Shown piece by piece: positions 21,097 to 30,781 of a stretch of 64,000 bases of DNA; the first letter of the stretch is position 1; every line of letters starts with the position of its first letter. Source of the DNA: Polyangiaceae bacterium (lineage in GTDB: Bacteria; Myxococcota_A; Polyangia; Polyangiales; Polyangiaceae); assembly GCA_044222475.1 (NCBI GenBank), contig JBGANF010000004.1, positions 32,001 through 96,000 on the forward strand, written 5' to 3'. A model generated the notes under the pieces. It had not been told where the DNA came from. It searched no databases and saw only the letters and a list, made by a program, of their open reading frames with translations. The translations under genes were made by a program, and so were the position numbers.

Positions 21097-22299
21097 CTAC
21101 TTCGCGATTCGCCGAACGGCGCCAGCGGGTGCGCGGATCGTCCAATAGATGGCCGTCGAGTCGACGGCGATGCCTGCCGCGTTCGCCTCGCCGTCGATCA
21201 CGGTCGTCGCCGAGGTCGCGCAACCCTTCACGAGGTCGGAGCAAGTGCGGATGCGCCCCGCGACGGTGTCGGTCCAGTACGCGCCGGTCGAGTCCACGGC
21301 CAATGCGCCGATCACGCCTTCTCCATTGGCGATCACGACCGGCGTCGGGCACGGCCCAGGCAGGCTGCAGGCGACGATCGAGTACACGTCCGCGTTCGTG
21401 TGCGATGTCCAGAAGACCGTCGTACCGACGGTCTGAAAGTCGTCAGCGAGCTGGGCAAGGGGGCCATTGTAGAGCGTGACGGGGGTGCACGCGACCGGCG
21501 CACGGTCGCAACGAATGACCGAGCTCGCGAACTCGTCCGACATGACCACGAACGGCGCATCCGGGGGCAGGACGAGCTCGTCGCCGCCAGTCAGGGTGAG
21601 ATCCACCGGCGGGCCCCCGGTACCGCGCCGCACCTGCGTCCCGTACGTCTTGCCGATCGCGAAGAAGGTCCCGGCGTCCTCCGCCAGGACGTCCACGCCG
21701 TGAAACTGCATGTCGACGTTCATGTTGTAGTTCGTGGGCAACCCGCCGGGCACGGCGTTGAGGCGAGCGCCGTAGAGTCCGTACGTGTTCGTCGTGCGCC
21801 CGATGAAAAACGCCTCGGTGCCGGAGACGGCGAGACCGGATCGCGGAACGACCGTCACCGTGTTGCTCACGTCGGTCCACAGCCGCGTCGGCGTCCCGCT
21901 CGGCTTCGGTATTCGGAAGAGGCCACCGGTCGCGGTGCTGCCGCTGACGAGCGGATCGTCGGACGCGACGACGACGACGTCCGGGGTCGTGACGCTCCGA
22001 ATGGCGAAGGGGTTGCTCAGACCGGTCGCGACGGGGACCGCCGGGCACTTGCCCGCAGTGCAGGTTGCGCCGAAGCAGGAGCGCCCGCACTTCCCGCAGT
22101 TGGCACCGTCCTTCGTCAGGTCGACGCAGCCCCCACCACACGCCGTGAGCGGAGGCTGGCACGCGACGCCGCCGTCGCCCCCGTCGTTCGCCGCAGCGTC
22201 GGGCTTCCCCGCGTCGGGCGAGCCCGAGAGGGAGTCGAGCGACGTGAGGAGCGAGCACGCGCTCGACGCCAGGACCACCGCGAGCCACACACGCCGCAT
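21097..22299 (-). CDS. Lipoprotein with Cys-rich module and beta-propeller-like region
   Basis: MRRVWLAVVLASSAC; CVDLTKDGANCGKCGRSC; ALAVDSTGAYWT repeats. Confidence 0.75.
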   Translation of the reverse strand: MRRVWLAVVLASSACSLLTSLDSLSGSPDAGKPDAAANDGGDGGVACQPPLTACGGGCVDLTKDGANCGKCGRSCFGATCTAGKCPAVPVATGLSNPFAIRSVTTPDVVVVASDDPLVSGSTATGGLFRIPKPSGTPTRLWTDVSNTVTVVPRSGLAVSGTEAFFIGRTTNTYGLYGARLNAVPGGLPTNYNMNVDMQFHGVDVLAEDAGTFFAIGKTYGTQVRRGTGGPPVDLTLTGGDELVLPPDAPFVVMSDEFASSVIRCDRAPVACTPVTLYNGPLAQLADDFQTVGTTVFWTSHTNADVYSIVACSLPGPCPTPVVIANGEGVIGALAVDSTGAYWTDTVAGRIRTCSDLVKGCATSATTVIDGEANAAGIAVDSTAIYWTIRAPAGAVRRIAK

Positions 22300-22377
22300 G
22301 CGCACGAGGCTACCAGGGCCGAGCCGCCGCGCGAAGCGAGCGCATCGTGCGCGACATACTGCTACATAGAGCCCGCG

Positions 22378-24327
22378 ATGCCGGTGCTGTCGATTCGCGA
22401 TCTCTCGAAGGCCTACGGCGCGCGCCCGCTCGTCGACAAGGGGACGTTCACCTTGCGGCGCGGGGAAAAAGCCGCGCTGCTCGGGCCGAACGGAACCGGA
22501 AAGTCGACGCTCCTCCGGATCATCGCCGGCCTCGAGCCGGCCGACACGGGCACGATCGACCGCCGGCGAGACGCGACAATCCTGTACTTGCCGCAGGAGC
22601 CAGCCCTCGCGGAAGACCGCACCCCGCGTCAGATCGTGCGCGAGGGCCTCGCCGAGTGGGACGTCGTCCACAAGGAGCACGAGGAGGTCTCTCGCCGGAT
22701 CGGCGAGGGCGAGACCGGCGAGCTCCTCGCCAGGCAGGCCGCGCTCGGCGAGCGCATCGAGCAGCTCGGTGGGTGGCACCGGGACCACGAGGTCGAGGAG
22801 ATCCTGTCCCATCTTGGGATCAAGGGACCGGATCTCGATCGCCCCGTCGGAACGATGAGCGGCGGCGAGCGGCGGCGCGTCGCGCTCGCGCGCATCCTCG
22901 TCGCCCGGCCCGACCTCGCCATCCTCGACGAGCCGACGAACCACCTCGACGCCGACACTATCCAGTGGCTCGAGGAGTACCTGCGCTCGTTCCCCGGAGC
23001 GATCCTCCTCGTCACCCACGACCGGTACGTCCTCGACACCGTCGCGACGCGAGTCCTCGACCTCGAGCGCGGGCGATTGACGGAGTACACGAAGCGCAAC
23101 GACAAGCTCGGCGCCTACGCCGATTTTCTCGAGCAGCGCGCCGAGCGCGACGCTCACGACGAGCGGGTCGAGAAGAACCGGCAGAACTTCCTGCGGCGCG
23201 AGATCGAGTGGCTCCGCCGCGGACCCAAAGCGCGCACGACCAAGCAGAAGGCGCGCATCCAGCGGGCCGAGAGCGCGATCGCCCAGACCGGGCCCGAGGC
23301 GCGGGGCGAGGTCCAACTCTCCGGGCTCGAGAGCGGCGGGGGTCGACTCGGCGGGACCATCCTGGAGCTGCTCGGCGTCCGCGTCGAGGTCGGTGGGCGC
23401 GTGTTGGTGCGCGATCTCGATCTGCGCCTCGTGCGCGGCGAGCGGGTCGGAGTCGTCGGTCCGAACGGCGCGGGGAAGACCTCTCTGTTGCGCGTGATCA
23501 CCGGAGAGCTCACGCCGGCGGCTGGGAAGGTCGTCCGCGGCGCGCAGACGAAGATCGCGGTGCTCGATCAGGCGCGCACGTCGCTGCACGAGGACTGGAC
23601 CGTCTTCGACAACGTGGCCGAGCGCGAAGACGCCGAGCGGGTCGGCGCGGGCACCGTCGTCATCGGCGATCGCACGATGGACCTGCGGACCTACTTGGAG
23701 CTCTTCCTGTTCGACGGGAACGCCTGGCGAAGGAAGGTCTCGGCGCTGTCGGGCGGGGAGCGCGCGCGCGTCACCCTCGCGCTCGCGTTGAAGAGCGGCG
23801 CAAACGTGCTCTTGCTCGACGAGCCGACGAACGACCTCGACATCGCGACGCTCGGAGCGCTCGAGGAGCTCCTCGAGAGCTGGCCCGGGTGCGTCATCGT
23901 CGTGTCGCACGATCGCTGGTTCCTCGATCGCGTGGCGACGGCGATCCTCGCTTTCGAGGGGGATGGGAAGGTAACGACGTACGCGGGGAATTGGAGTGAT
24001 TACCGGGAGAAGATCCTCGAGGGCGCCGTTGCGCTCGAAGAGGCGCGCACGCGCACGCGCACGAGTACGAGTACGAGTACGAGCACGAGTACGAGTACGA
24101 GCACCAAGAAGCTCACCTATGGCGAGCGGATGGAGCTCGACAAGATCCTCGACGTGATCTCCGCGGCCGAGCAGCGCGTCGGCTCGATCGAAGCTCGGCT
24201 CCTCGATCCGCAGGTGTACTCGAAGGATCCGGAGGCCGCGAAGCGGCTCCAGACCGAGCTCGGCGAGGCTCAGGCCGAGGTCGCGCGGCTCACCGCCCGG
24301 TGGGAAGAGCTCGAGGCGAGGCGATAG
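22378..24327 (+). CDS. uup: ABC-F family ATPase, Uup-like
   Basis: Two NBDs (GPNGTGKS/MSGGE/DEPTNHLD and GPNGAGKT/LSGGE/DEPTNDLD), EIEWLRRGPKARTTKQKARI, C-terminal KKLTYGE...ARWEELE coil. Confidence 0.9.
   Translation: MPVLSIRDLSKAYGARPLVDKGTFTLRRGEKAALLGPNGTGKSTLLRIIAGLEPADTGTIDRRRDATILYLPQEPALAEDRTPRQIVREGLAEWDVVHKEHEEVSRRIGEGETGELLARQAALGERIEQLGGWHRDHEVEEILSHLGIKGPDLDRPVGTMSGGERRRVALARILVARPDLAILDEPTNHLDADTIQWLEEYLRSFPGAILLVTHDRYVLDTVATRVLDLERGRLTEYTKRNDKLGAYADFLEQRAERDAHDERVEKNRQNFLRREIEWLRRGPKARTTKQKARIQRAESAIAQTGPEARGEVQLSGLESGGGRLGGTILELLGVRVEVGGRVLVRDLDLRLVRGERVGVVGPNGAGKTSLLRVITGELTPAAGKVVRGAQTKIAVLDQARTSLHEDWTVFDNVAEREDAERVGAGTVVIGDRTMDLRTYLELFLFDGNAWRRKVSALSGGERARVTLALALKSGANVLLLDEPTNDLDIATLGALEELLESWPGCVIVVSHDRWFLDRVATAILAFEGDGKVTTYAGNWSDYREKILEGAVALEEARTRTRTSTSTSTSTSTSTSTKKLTYGERMELDKILDVISAAEQRVGSIEARLLDPQVYSKDPEAAKRLQTELGEAQAEVARLTARWEELEARR
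24046..24105 (+). repeat. In-frame hexamer tandem repeat encoding an RT/ST linker
   Basis: CGCACG x3, then AGTACG/AGCACG units, translating RTRTRTSTSTSTSTSTSTST. Confidence 0.9.
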
Positions 24328-24343
24328 AGCGCATCCGCCGGCC

Positions 24344-25759
24344 CTACTTGCGCTGCGTCATCGTGCTCGCGCGGTAGTTGGCCAGCGCTCGCTGGTAGTC
24401 GACGAGGGCGTCAATCTCGCGGAGCTTCGACTCCGCCGTCGCCTGCTCGCGCAGGTTCACGACGAGGAGCGTGCTGTCGCCGAGCTCGAACCGCTGCCGC
24501 TCCGCGTTCTCGAGCTCGGTCGCCAGACCGACCTCGCGTCGGGCGACGAGCACCCGCTGGCGCGACGCTTCGAGCGCCGAGAGCGCGTCGCTCACCTCGG
24601 CGCCGACGCGATCCTGCATGAGGCGCTTCTGATCTTCGAGCCGCGTGATCTGCGCATCGGCCGCCTTCACCCGTCCGTCGTTGGCGCGATTCAGGATGGG
24701 GATGTCGACGACGAGCCCCATCTCGAGCTCCGGCTGGTTTCGACTGTAGTTCGTCGGGTCGGGGTTTCGCCCGAGGTCGGCGCTTCCGAGGATGCGAACG
24801 TCGACTCCTGGCGCCATCTGGTTCGCGGCCCACCGGCGCTCGATCTCGGTCTGCTGCTGCTGGAGGATGAAGCGACGCACTTCCGGCCGCTTGTCCTTCG
24901 CAGCGGTCGAGTCCCTCTGGATCGTGCCCGGGTCCAGGGCGACCGGCTCGGGGAGAGCATCGGGCAGACGGACCGCAGACACGATCACCGGCTGCCCACG
25001 GTCGTCGCGATAGAAGAGCGACAGCTCGATCGCGGTGCGCTCGACGTCGCGCTGCGCGCTGATCACGAAGCCCTGCCTTTGGACGATCGCGCGCGAGTTG
25101 TCGGTGCGCTCGATGGTCGGGATGTCACCATGCTCGACGCGCGCGGCGATGCCGGCATCGCGCGACACGGCGATCTCGAGCAGCGCCTGAGCGACGGAGC
25201 GCCGCCGGCCTGCGGCGACCCAGTCCCAGTAGCGGAGCGTCGCCGCGCGGGTGATCTCGATCTTCTGTTGGTCGATGCTCACCGTTGCGAGCGTCCTTCC
25301 GAGCTCGGCGCGGTCGATGTTCGCGCGGCGGCGATCGATCGGACCGTTGCGCCAGAACGGAATCGATGCGCCGATGCGCGCTTCGCCGGCGGCGTTGGTG
25401 ACGTAGTTCCCGTAGTAGCTCGGGAAGTCGTTGTCGCCGTAGCCCCACCCCGCCCAGAACGTGGTGCCCCACAGCGGCGTCGGCACTTGGACCTCCGTGC
25501 TCACGCGGAACTCCTTGTAGTAGCCGACGGGATCCCCGTTCACCGAGGTCCGCCACGACGGGTCGAAGGCGCCCTTGGCCGAGCGTAGCTCGGCGTCGGC
25601 GATGTCGGTTTCGCGGAGCGCCGCGCGGAGCGCGGGGTACGAACGATCGACCGACGCCGTCACCTCGTCGATCCGTAGCGGCGTCGCCTCCTCGGCGCTC
25701 GCGGCCGATGCGAGCGCCGAGAGCCCGAGCCCGAAGATGAAACCGTAGCTTGCCTTCAT
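24344..25759 (-). CDS. TolC family outer membrane efflux protein
   Basis: Signal peptide, AKGAFDP, ERQRFELGDSTLLVVNLREQ; downstream of HlyD and ABC genes. Confidence 0.88.
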   Translation of the reverse strand: MKASYGFIFGLGLSALASAASAEEATPLRIDEVTASVDRSYPALRAALRETDIADAELRSAKGAFDPSWRTSVNGDPVGYYKEFRVSTEVQVPTPLWGTTFWAGWGYGDNDFPSYYGNYVTNAAGEARIGASIPFWRNGPIDRRRANIDRAELGRTLATVSIDQQKIEITRAATLRYWDWVAAGRRRSVAQALLEIAVSRDAGIAARVEHGDIPTIERTDNSRAIVQRQGFVISAQRDVERTAIELSLFYRDDRGQPVIVSAVRLPDALPEPVALDPGTIQRDSTAAKDKRPEVRRFILQQQQTEIERRWAANQMAPGVDVRILGSADLGRNPDPTNYSRNQPELEMGLVVDIPILNRANDGRVKAADAQITRLEDQKRLMQDRVGAEVSDALSALEASRQRVLVARREVGLATELENAERQRFELGDSTLLVVNLREQATAESKLREIDALVDYQRALANYRASTMTQRK

Positions 25760-27081
25760 TTTGCCTTCGCGTCCTTCTTCGCGTCCATCGCGTCAGGCGG
25801 CGCCGACATCGACGCCGGGAATCCGTTGAACCGGCGCCATAGCTCGTAGCCGAGGCTGACGCGACCGAGCAGGACCCACGCGTTCGCCTGCGTACCTTGA
25901 CGAAGATACCGCCCGCTCGGCCACGGCTCGTTCGGATCCGGGACGACGAGGACACGGAATCGACCTGCGCCGTCATCGGTCGCGTCGACGAGCACCACGT
26001 GACCGCCGAACGTTCCGACGGCGACCGACGGCCAGCCGGTGAACTGCACCGCCGGCCACCCTTCGAATTGGATGCGGACCTTCTCACCTTCGGCGATGAG
26101 CGGGATGTCGTTGCCGTCGATCCAGAGCTCGACCGCCCGCGTCTCGGTGTCAGGGACCAGGATCGCGAGAGGATCGCCCGCCTTGACCATCTGCGCCCCG
26201 GCGGGCGCGGTGAGCCTGAGGATGATGCCTTCCCGCGGGGCCTTCACCTCTTGCGTCTCTTGCCGCGCCAGCCGGACCTGGAGCCGCGACAGCTCGGCAG
26301 CACCATTCGCAGCCTCGGCGATCGCCGTGGCGCGCGTCGCCCTGGCGTCGTCGATCGCCGCTGCTCCGTCGGTGCTGATCTTGAGCTGGTCGCTGTCGAG
26401 GGCGAGCTGCTCGGAGCGCGCGGACTCGAGCGCCGCCGTCGCGCGGTCGAGCTCGGTCTTGGCGCGAACCTCGTCGAGCTCCGCGAGCTCGAAGTCTCGC
26501 GTCGAGCGGAGGCCTTGCGCCTGGAGGGTGCGGATGCGCTCTTCGTTCAGCTCAGCCGTCTTGTGCGCGGCGGTCGCGGCGTCGACGGCACGCTGGGCCG
26601 CGTTCACCCGCTGCTGCGCCATCTGAACGCGCCGCGTCGCCGCCGTGATCGCGCTGTCTCGAGAGGCTTGGAGCTGCTCGATCCTCGATTCGATCGCGGT
26701 CGCACGCGCGTTCGCCGCATCGATGCGGGCAGAGACCGCGTCGCGCTCCTGGCGAAGTCGCGTCAGGATCTCGGGATCGTTGTCCGAGATGTCGACGATG
26801 GGGTCGCCGGCTTTCACGTGCGACCCCTCGCGGACGTAGAAGTGCACGAGCCTGCCCTCGATCGGAGCCTCGATCGTCTGCTGGCGATCGATCGGCGCGT
26901 ACGCGATCACTCGTCCGTTGCCGGCGGCCGACTGCTGCCATGGAGCGAAGACCAACGCGACGACCAGGGTGAAGAAGAACGCGAGCACGATCCGCGCGAG
27001 CGTGCGCGTATGGCGGGGCGATGGGACGAAGCGGAGCGCTTCGACCTCGACGTGGCGGCTCAGGGTGTCGGTGTTGCTCAT
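25756..27081 (-). CDS. HlyD family membrane fusion protein
   Basis: N-terminal TM, PWQQ...GRV, IEAPIEGRL...VREGSHVKAGD lipoyl-like half, long coiled coil, VRIQFEGWP. Confidence 0.9.
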   Translation of the reverse strand: MSNTDTLSRHVEVEALRFVPSPRHTRTLARIVLAFFFTLVVALVFAPWQQSAAGNGRVIAYAPIDRQQTIEAPIEGRLVHFYVREGSHVKAGDPIVDISDNDPEILTRLRQERDAVSARIDAANARATAIESRIEQLQASRDSAITAATRRVQMAQQRVNAAQRAVDAATAAHKTAELNEERIRTLQAQGLRSTRDFELAELDEVRAKTELDRATAALESARSEQLALDSDQLKISTDGAAAIDDARATRATAIAEAANGAAELSRLQVRLARQETQEVKAPREGIILRLTAPAGAQMVKAGDPLAILVPDTETRAVELWIDGNDIPLIAEGEKVRIQFEGWPAVQFTGWPSVAVGTFGGHVVLVDATDDGAGRFRVLVVPDPNEPWPSGRYLRQGTQANAWVLLGRVSLGYELWRRFNGFPASMSAPPDAMDAKKDAKAK

Positions 27082-27082
27082 G

Positions 27083-29176
27083 TCAGTTCACCTCACGAGT
27101 CTCCGTAATCGCGCCACCGCTCATTCGGAGCACGCGCGAGAACATCGGCGCGACGCGATCGTCTTTGGCGAGCACCAGCAACGTCCACGGCGCGTCTTTT
27201 CCCGCGAGCGCGGCGATGACCTTTTCTCGGTGATCCTCGTCGAGCCCGTCGAGGGTCTCGTCGACGACGAGGACGCGCGGCCGCTGAGCGATGCAGCGCG
27301 CGAGCGCCAGCCGCCGGCGCTGGCCCGACGAGAGCGGTCCGCCCTTGTCGCGCAGCTTCGTCGCGAGCCCTTCGGGGAGCGCCTCGATGTCGCGCGTGAG
27401 CCCCACGGCGTCGATCGCGGAGCGCATCGTCTCCGGATCGCACAGCGTGCTCCCGCCCGAGATGTTCTCGGCGACCGTACCGTCGAAGATGTCGACGTCG
27501 CGCGCGAGCGCGACGATCCCGCGAATGCCTTCGAGCGAGAGGCCGCGCGTGTCGATCTCGTCCAACCGGATCACGCCCTCCGTGGGGGTACGCAGGCCGA
27601 AGAGGAGCTCTGCGAGGACGCTCTTCCCGGAGCCCTCGCGCCCGACGACGAGGGTGCGAGACCCCGCCTCGAGCGAGAGATCGACCTCGCTCAAGATGGA
27701 CCGCTCCGCCACCGAATATCCGAGACCTCGGATCTCGACGCTCGCCGGCCCTTCACGCTCGGGCGCGGGCGCGCCGTCCTGGCGTTCGAGCGGAAGATCG
27801 GTGAGGTGGCCGAGCTTGTCGAGGCCGGCGAGGAGATCGTAGAAGGCCTCGATCTGCTTTCCGAACTTGGTGAACCCTTCGACGACGGCGGCGACGATGA
27901 GGTTCGACGCGACGAGCTGACCGATGGTGAGCTGGCGCGCGATGACGAGGTAACCTCCGATCCCCAACAGCGCGGTGTTGGCGAAGACCTGAAGCGAGTA
28001 CGTCCCGACGATCTGGCGAATGACGACCCGGAAGCGCGTGCCGCGCTTGAGAAGGTAGCGGCGCACCACGTCCGAGGCGCGCTCGGTCGCGTACCCGGTC
28101 CAACCCGCGGACTTGAACGTGATCGGGTGGTGCGCGATCTCTTCGAGCCACGCGGCGACGGCGAACTTCGCTTTGGAAGCGTCGATGAACGCGCGCGGTC
28201 CGCCGCGCCCCAGCACGAAGAGGACGAAGACGATCCCCAGGAGGAGGAAGACGTCGAAGGCCGCAAGGAACGGGTGATAGAAGGCGAGAAGCATCATCCC
28301 GAGGAGAGCCTCGAGGAGGATCGTCAAGCCGTCGACGAGGAGCATGCCCGCCGCCTTCTGAACCGTGATCGCGTCGAAGAAGCGGTTGACGAGCTCTGCC
28401 GGTGACCCGTCCGCGAAGCGCTCGATCGAGACGCGGGGCATGCGGTGCGCGACGTCGACCGCGGCGCGCGCGAAGATCCGGCGTTGGACGAGCTCGACGA
28501 CGTAGAACTGATACGCGCGCATCACCGCCGCGAACGTGAGGCCCGCGGCGAGGAGCAGCATCAGCGTGATGACGGGCTGCATCAACGACCCGAACGCGAC
28601 CGTGCCCACCAACGTCTCGACGGCGACGGGAACGGCGAGGCTCATCAAGCCGTACCCGACGGCATAAACGATGATGAGTGCGAGGTCGCGGCGCTCCATG
28701 CGGACGAGCGACCACGCGCGGCTGAGCGGCCCACGGTGCGAGTGGCCTCCATCGTCGCCCCCACCGCCCCGCAGGCTCTCGAACGGTGCGCTCGGCGTCG
28801 CGACGAGAAAGACGATCTCGGCCGTCGGGGCAGCGCCCACCGAGTGTGCGATGGCGTCGCCGTCGGCGTCCTCGGGGACCTCGGCCCACCGCGAGCCGCA
28901 CAAGGCGATCGCCGCGGGTGACGAGCCTCCCGCCCATTCACTGGCGACCTTCCGCTCGAGGCGAACGTCGACGCCGACTCGACCCGCTACGCCCACGATC
29001 AAGGTCTCGAGATCGGCCGCTGCGGCCTGCGGAGCGCTGAACTCGCGGATCGTCGCGCGGACGACCCCGCGATCGACGGTCACGCCGGCCGACGCGGCGA
29101 GCGCCTCGACGACGTCGAGGACGATGTCGCCAGTCAGCGGGGCTTGGCTCAGCGGCGCGGGTTCGTTGTCTTCCAT
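27083..29176 (-). CDS. Type I secretion-like ABC transporter (permease plus ATPase)
   Basis: TM domain, GQLVASNLIV, Walker A GREGSGKS, LSSGQRRR, Walker B VVDE. Confidence 0.88.
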   Translation of the reverse strand: MEDNEPAPLSQAPLTGDIVLDVVEALAASAGVTVDRGVVRATIREFSAPQAAAADLETLIVGVAGRVGVDVRLERKVASEWAGGSSPAAIALCGSRWAEVPEDADGDAIAHSVGAAPTAEIVFLVATPSAPFESLRGGGGDDGGHSHRGPLSRAWSLVRMERRDLALIIVYAVGYGLMSLAVPVAVETLVGTVAFGSLMQPVITLMLLLAAGLTFAAVMRAYQFYVVELVQRRIFARAAVDVAHRMPRVSIERFADGSPAELVNRFFDAITVQKAAGMLLVDGLTILLEALLGMMLLAFYHPFLAAFDVFLLLGIVFVLFVLGRGGPRAFIDASKAKFAVAAWLEEIAHHPITFKSAGWTGYATERASDVVRRYLLKRGTRFRVVIRQIVGTYSLQVFANTALLGIGGYLVIARQLTIGQLVASNLIVAAVVEGFTKFGKQIEAFYDLLAGLDKLGHLTDLPLERQDGAPAPEREGPASVEIRGLGYSVAERSILSEVDLSLEAGSRTLVVGREGSGKSVLAELLFGLRTPTEGVIRLDEIDTRGLSLEGIRGIVALARDVDIFDGTVAENISGGSTLCDPETMRSAIDAVGLTRDIEALPEGLATKLRDKGGPLSSGQRRRLALARCIAQRPRVLVVDETLDGLDEDHREKVIAALAGKDAPWTLLVLAKDDRVAPMFSRVLRMSGGAITETREVN

Positions 29177-29209
29177 CTTCGACTCAGAGCCCACGGGGAG
29201 CACGACCGA

Positions 29210-29225
29210 TGCACGGCTCGTGCCA
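29210..29225 (-). promoter_or_regulatory. Sigma-54 (-24/-12) promoter of the ABC-HlyD-TolC operon
   Basis: Minus strand TGGCACG-AGCC-GTGCA, 33 nt before the ATG; sigma-54 activator encoded divergently. Confidence 0.7.
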
Positions 29226-29356
29226 GGGGGCGTGGCGCTAAGACTGCGTCTTAGATGCTGCGTTTTGCGACAGTGCCGCACAATCATACAGGTCGCCGTC
29301 GAACTTTGCCGTCCGGCGGGGCGAGTGCGACTTTTGCACTTGGAACGGTACTCAGC

Positions 29357-30781
29357 GTGAAGCTCGTCTCCAAGTTTGCGTTCGCCATCTTCGTCGCGAC
29401 GGCCGCGGTCATCGCGCTGTTCTCGTACCTGTCGATTCGGCGACAGGTCGCGCGGATCGAAGAGAGCGTCTCGGTCGACCTCGAGAGCCTCGGCGGCGGT
29501 CTCCGCGCGGCAATCGTCGCTTCGTGGACGGCGGAGGGCGAAGGCGAGGCGCTGCGCATCGTGGACGCCGCGCGGTCGCACCGGAGCGACGTCGACATCC
29601 AGTGGGTGTCGGGCGTCCCTTCGAGCCTCGAGGACCGCGTCGAAGAGCGCCGGAACGACGGTGAACGCAGGGTGGTGGTCTCCCTCCCCGTCCGAGTCGA
29701 CGCGACCCGAGGAGGAACGCTGACCCTCTCGCGGAGCGTTCCCACCACGGGCACGATCCTGCGAAACGAGCTCGGGAGCGAGGTCGGCTTCGCGCTCGTG
29801 CTCGCCCTCGTCGTCGGCGCGATCGCCGCCTCGCTCGGAGCGCTGCTCATCGGCGGACCGCTCGGGAGAATCGTGGCGCAGGCGCGTCGAGTCGGCGCTG
29901 GTGACCTCTCGCAGAGGCTCCGCTCCGACTCGAAGGACGAGATCGGCGACCTCAAGCGCGAGCTCAACGCGATGTGCGATCAGCTCGCCTCGGCGCGGCA
30001 GAAGCTGTCGGAGGAGGAGGCGGCCCGTCTGGAGACGCTCGAGCAGCTCCGCCACCTCGACCGGCTGCGCAGCGTGGGGACGATGGCGTCCTCGATCGCT
30101 CACGAGCTCGGAACGCCGCTCAACGTGCTCCTGTTGCGGGGGCAGTCACTCGTCGCCGGAGAGACCGAGCCCGACGAGATCGAGGGCGCTGGCCGTACCA
30201 TCGTGGGACAGGTCGAGAAGATGAGCCGCATCGTCCGACAGATGCTCGACTTCGCGCGACCCAAGGACGAGACTCGGGAGAGGTTCTCGGCGAGCAAGAT
30301 CGTCGAGCATGCCGCCCACCTCCTCTCCGGGATCGCGAAGAAGAACGGGGTCGCGATCACGACGCAGTGCGACGCCGACGCGGAGGTCTTCGGCCATCCG
30401 AGCGAGATCGAGCAAGCCGTGACGAACCTGATGATGAACGCGATTCAAGCCATGCCGAAGGGCGGCGCGCTCACGCTCAAGGTGCGAACCGGCGAGGCCA
30501 CGCCCCCGAACCGGGCCTACCTGGGGACGGGAAGCGGGACCCAGCCCCGAGGCACCTTCTCGGCGGTCATGATCGACGTCCGCGACGACGGGATCGGCAT
30601 GTCCGCCGAGACGCTCGCCCGGATTTTCGAGCCATTCTATACGACGAAGCGCGGCGGGGGCGGCACGGGCCTCGGGCTCGGCGTCGCGTCGGGCATCGCG
30701 GAAGATCACGGCGGCTTCGTCACGGCCGAGAGTACGCTAGGTAAAGGCAGCACCTTCACGCTCACCCTACCCCGCCAATGA
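29357..30781 (+). CDS. HAMP sensor histidine kinase
   Basis: Two TM segments, HAMP (DEIGDL), H-box IAHELGTPL, NLMMNAIQAM, DDGIGM, FEPFYTTK, GTGLGL. Confidence 0.95.
   Translation: MKLVSKFAFAIFVATAAVIALFSYLSIRRQVARIEESVSVDLESLGGGLRAAIVASWTAEGEGEALRIVDAARSHRSDVDIQWVSGVPSSLEDRVEERRNDGERRVVVSLPVRVDATRGGTLTLSRSVPTTGTILRNELGSEVGFALVLALVVGAIAASLGALLIGGPLGRIVAQARRVGAGDLSQRLRSDSKDEIGDLKRELNAMCDQLASARQKLSEEEAARLETLEQLRHLDRLRSVGTMASSIAHELGTPLNVLLLRGQSLVAGETEPDEIEGAGRTIVGQVEKMSRIVRQMLDFARPKDETRERFSASKIVEHAAHLLSGIAKKNGVAITTQCDADAEVFGHPSEIEQAVTNLMMNAIQAMPKGGALTLKVRTGEATPPNRAYLGTGSGTQPRGTFSAVMIDVRDDGIGMSAETLARIFEPFYTTKRGGGGTGLGLGVASGIAEDHGGFVTAESTLGKGSTFTLTLPRQ

Noticed and set aside
21097..24327. Long overlapping ORFs of 937 aa (-) and 975 aa (+)
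   Set aside because: Each is a real gene plus antisense read-through of its divergent neighbour; trimmed to starts at 22299 and 22378.
27083..30103. 1006-aa version of the ABC transporter
   Set aside because: The extension is antisense to the histidine kinase and crosses the sigma-54 promoter.
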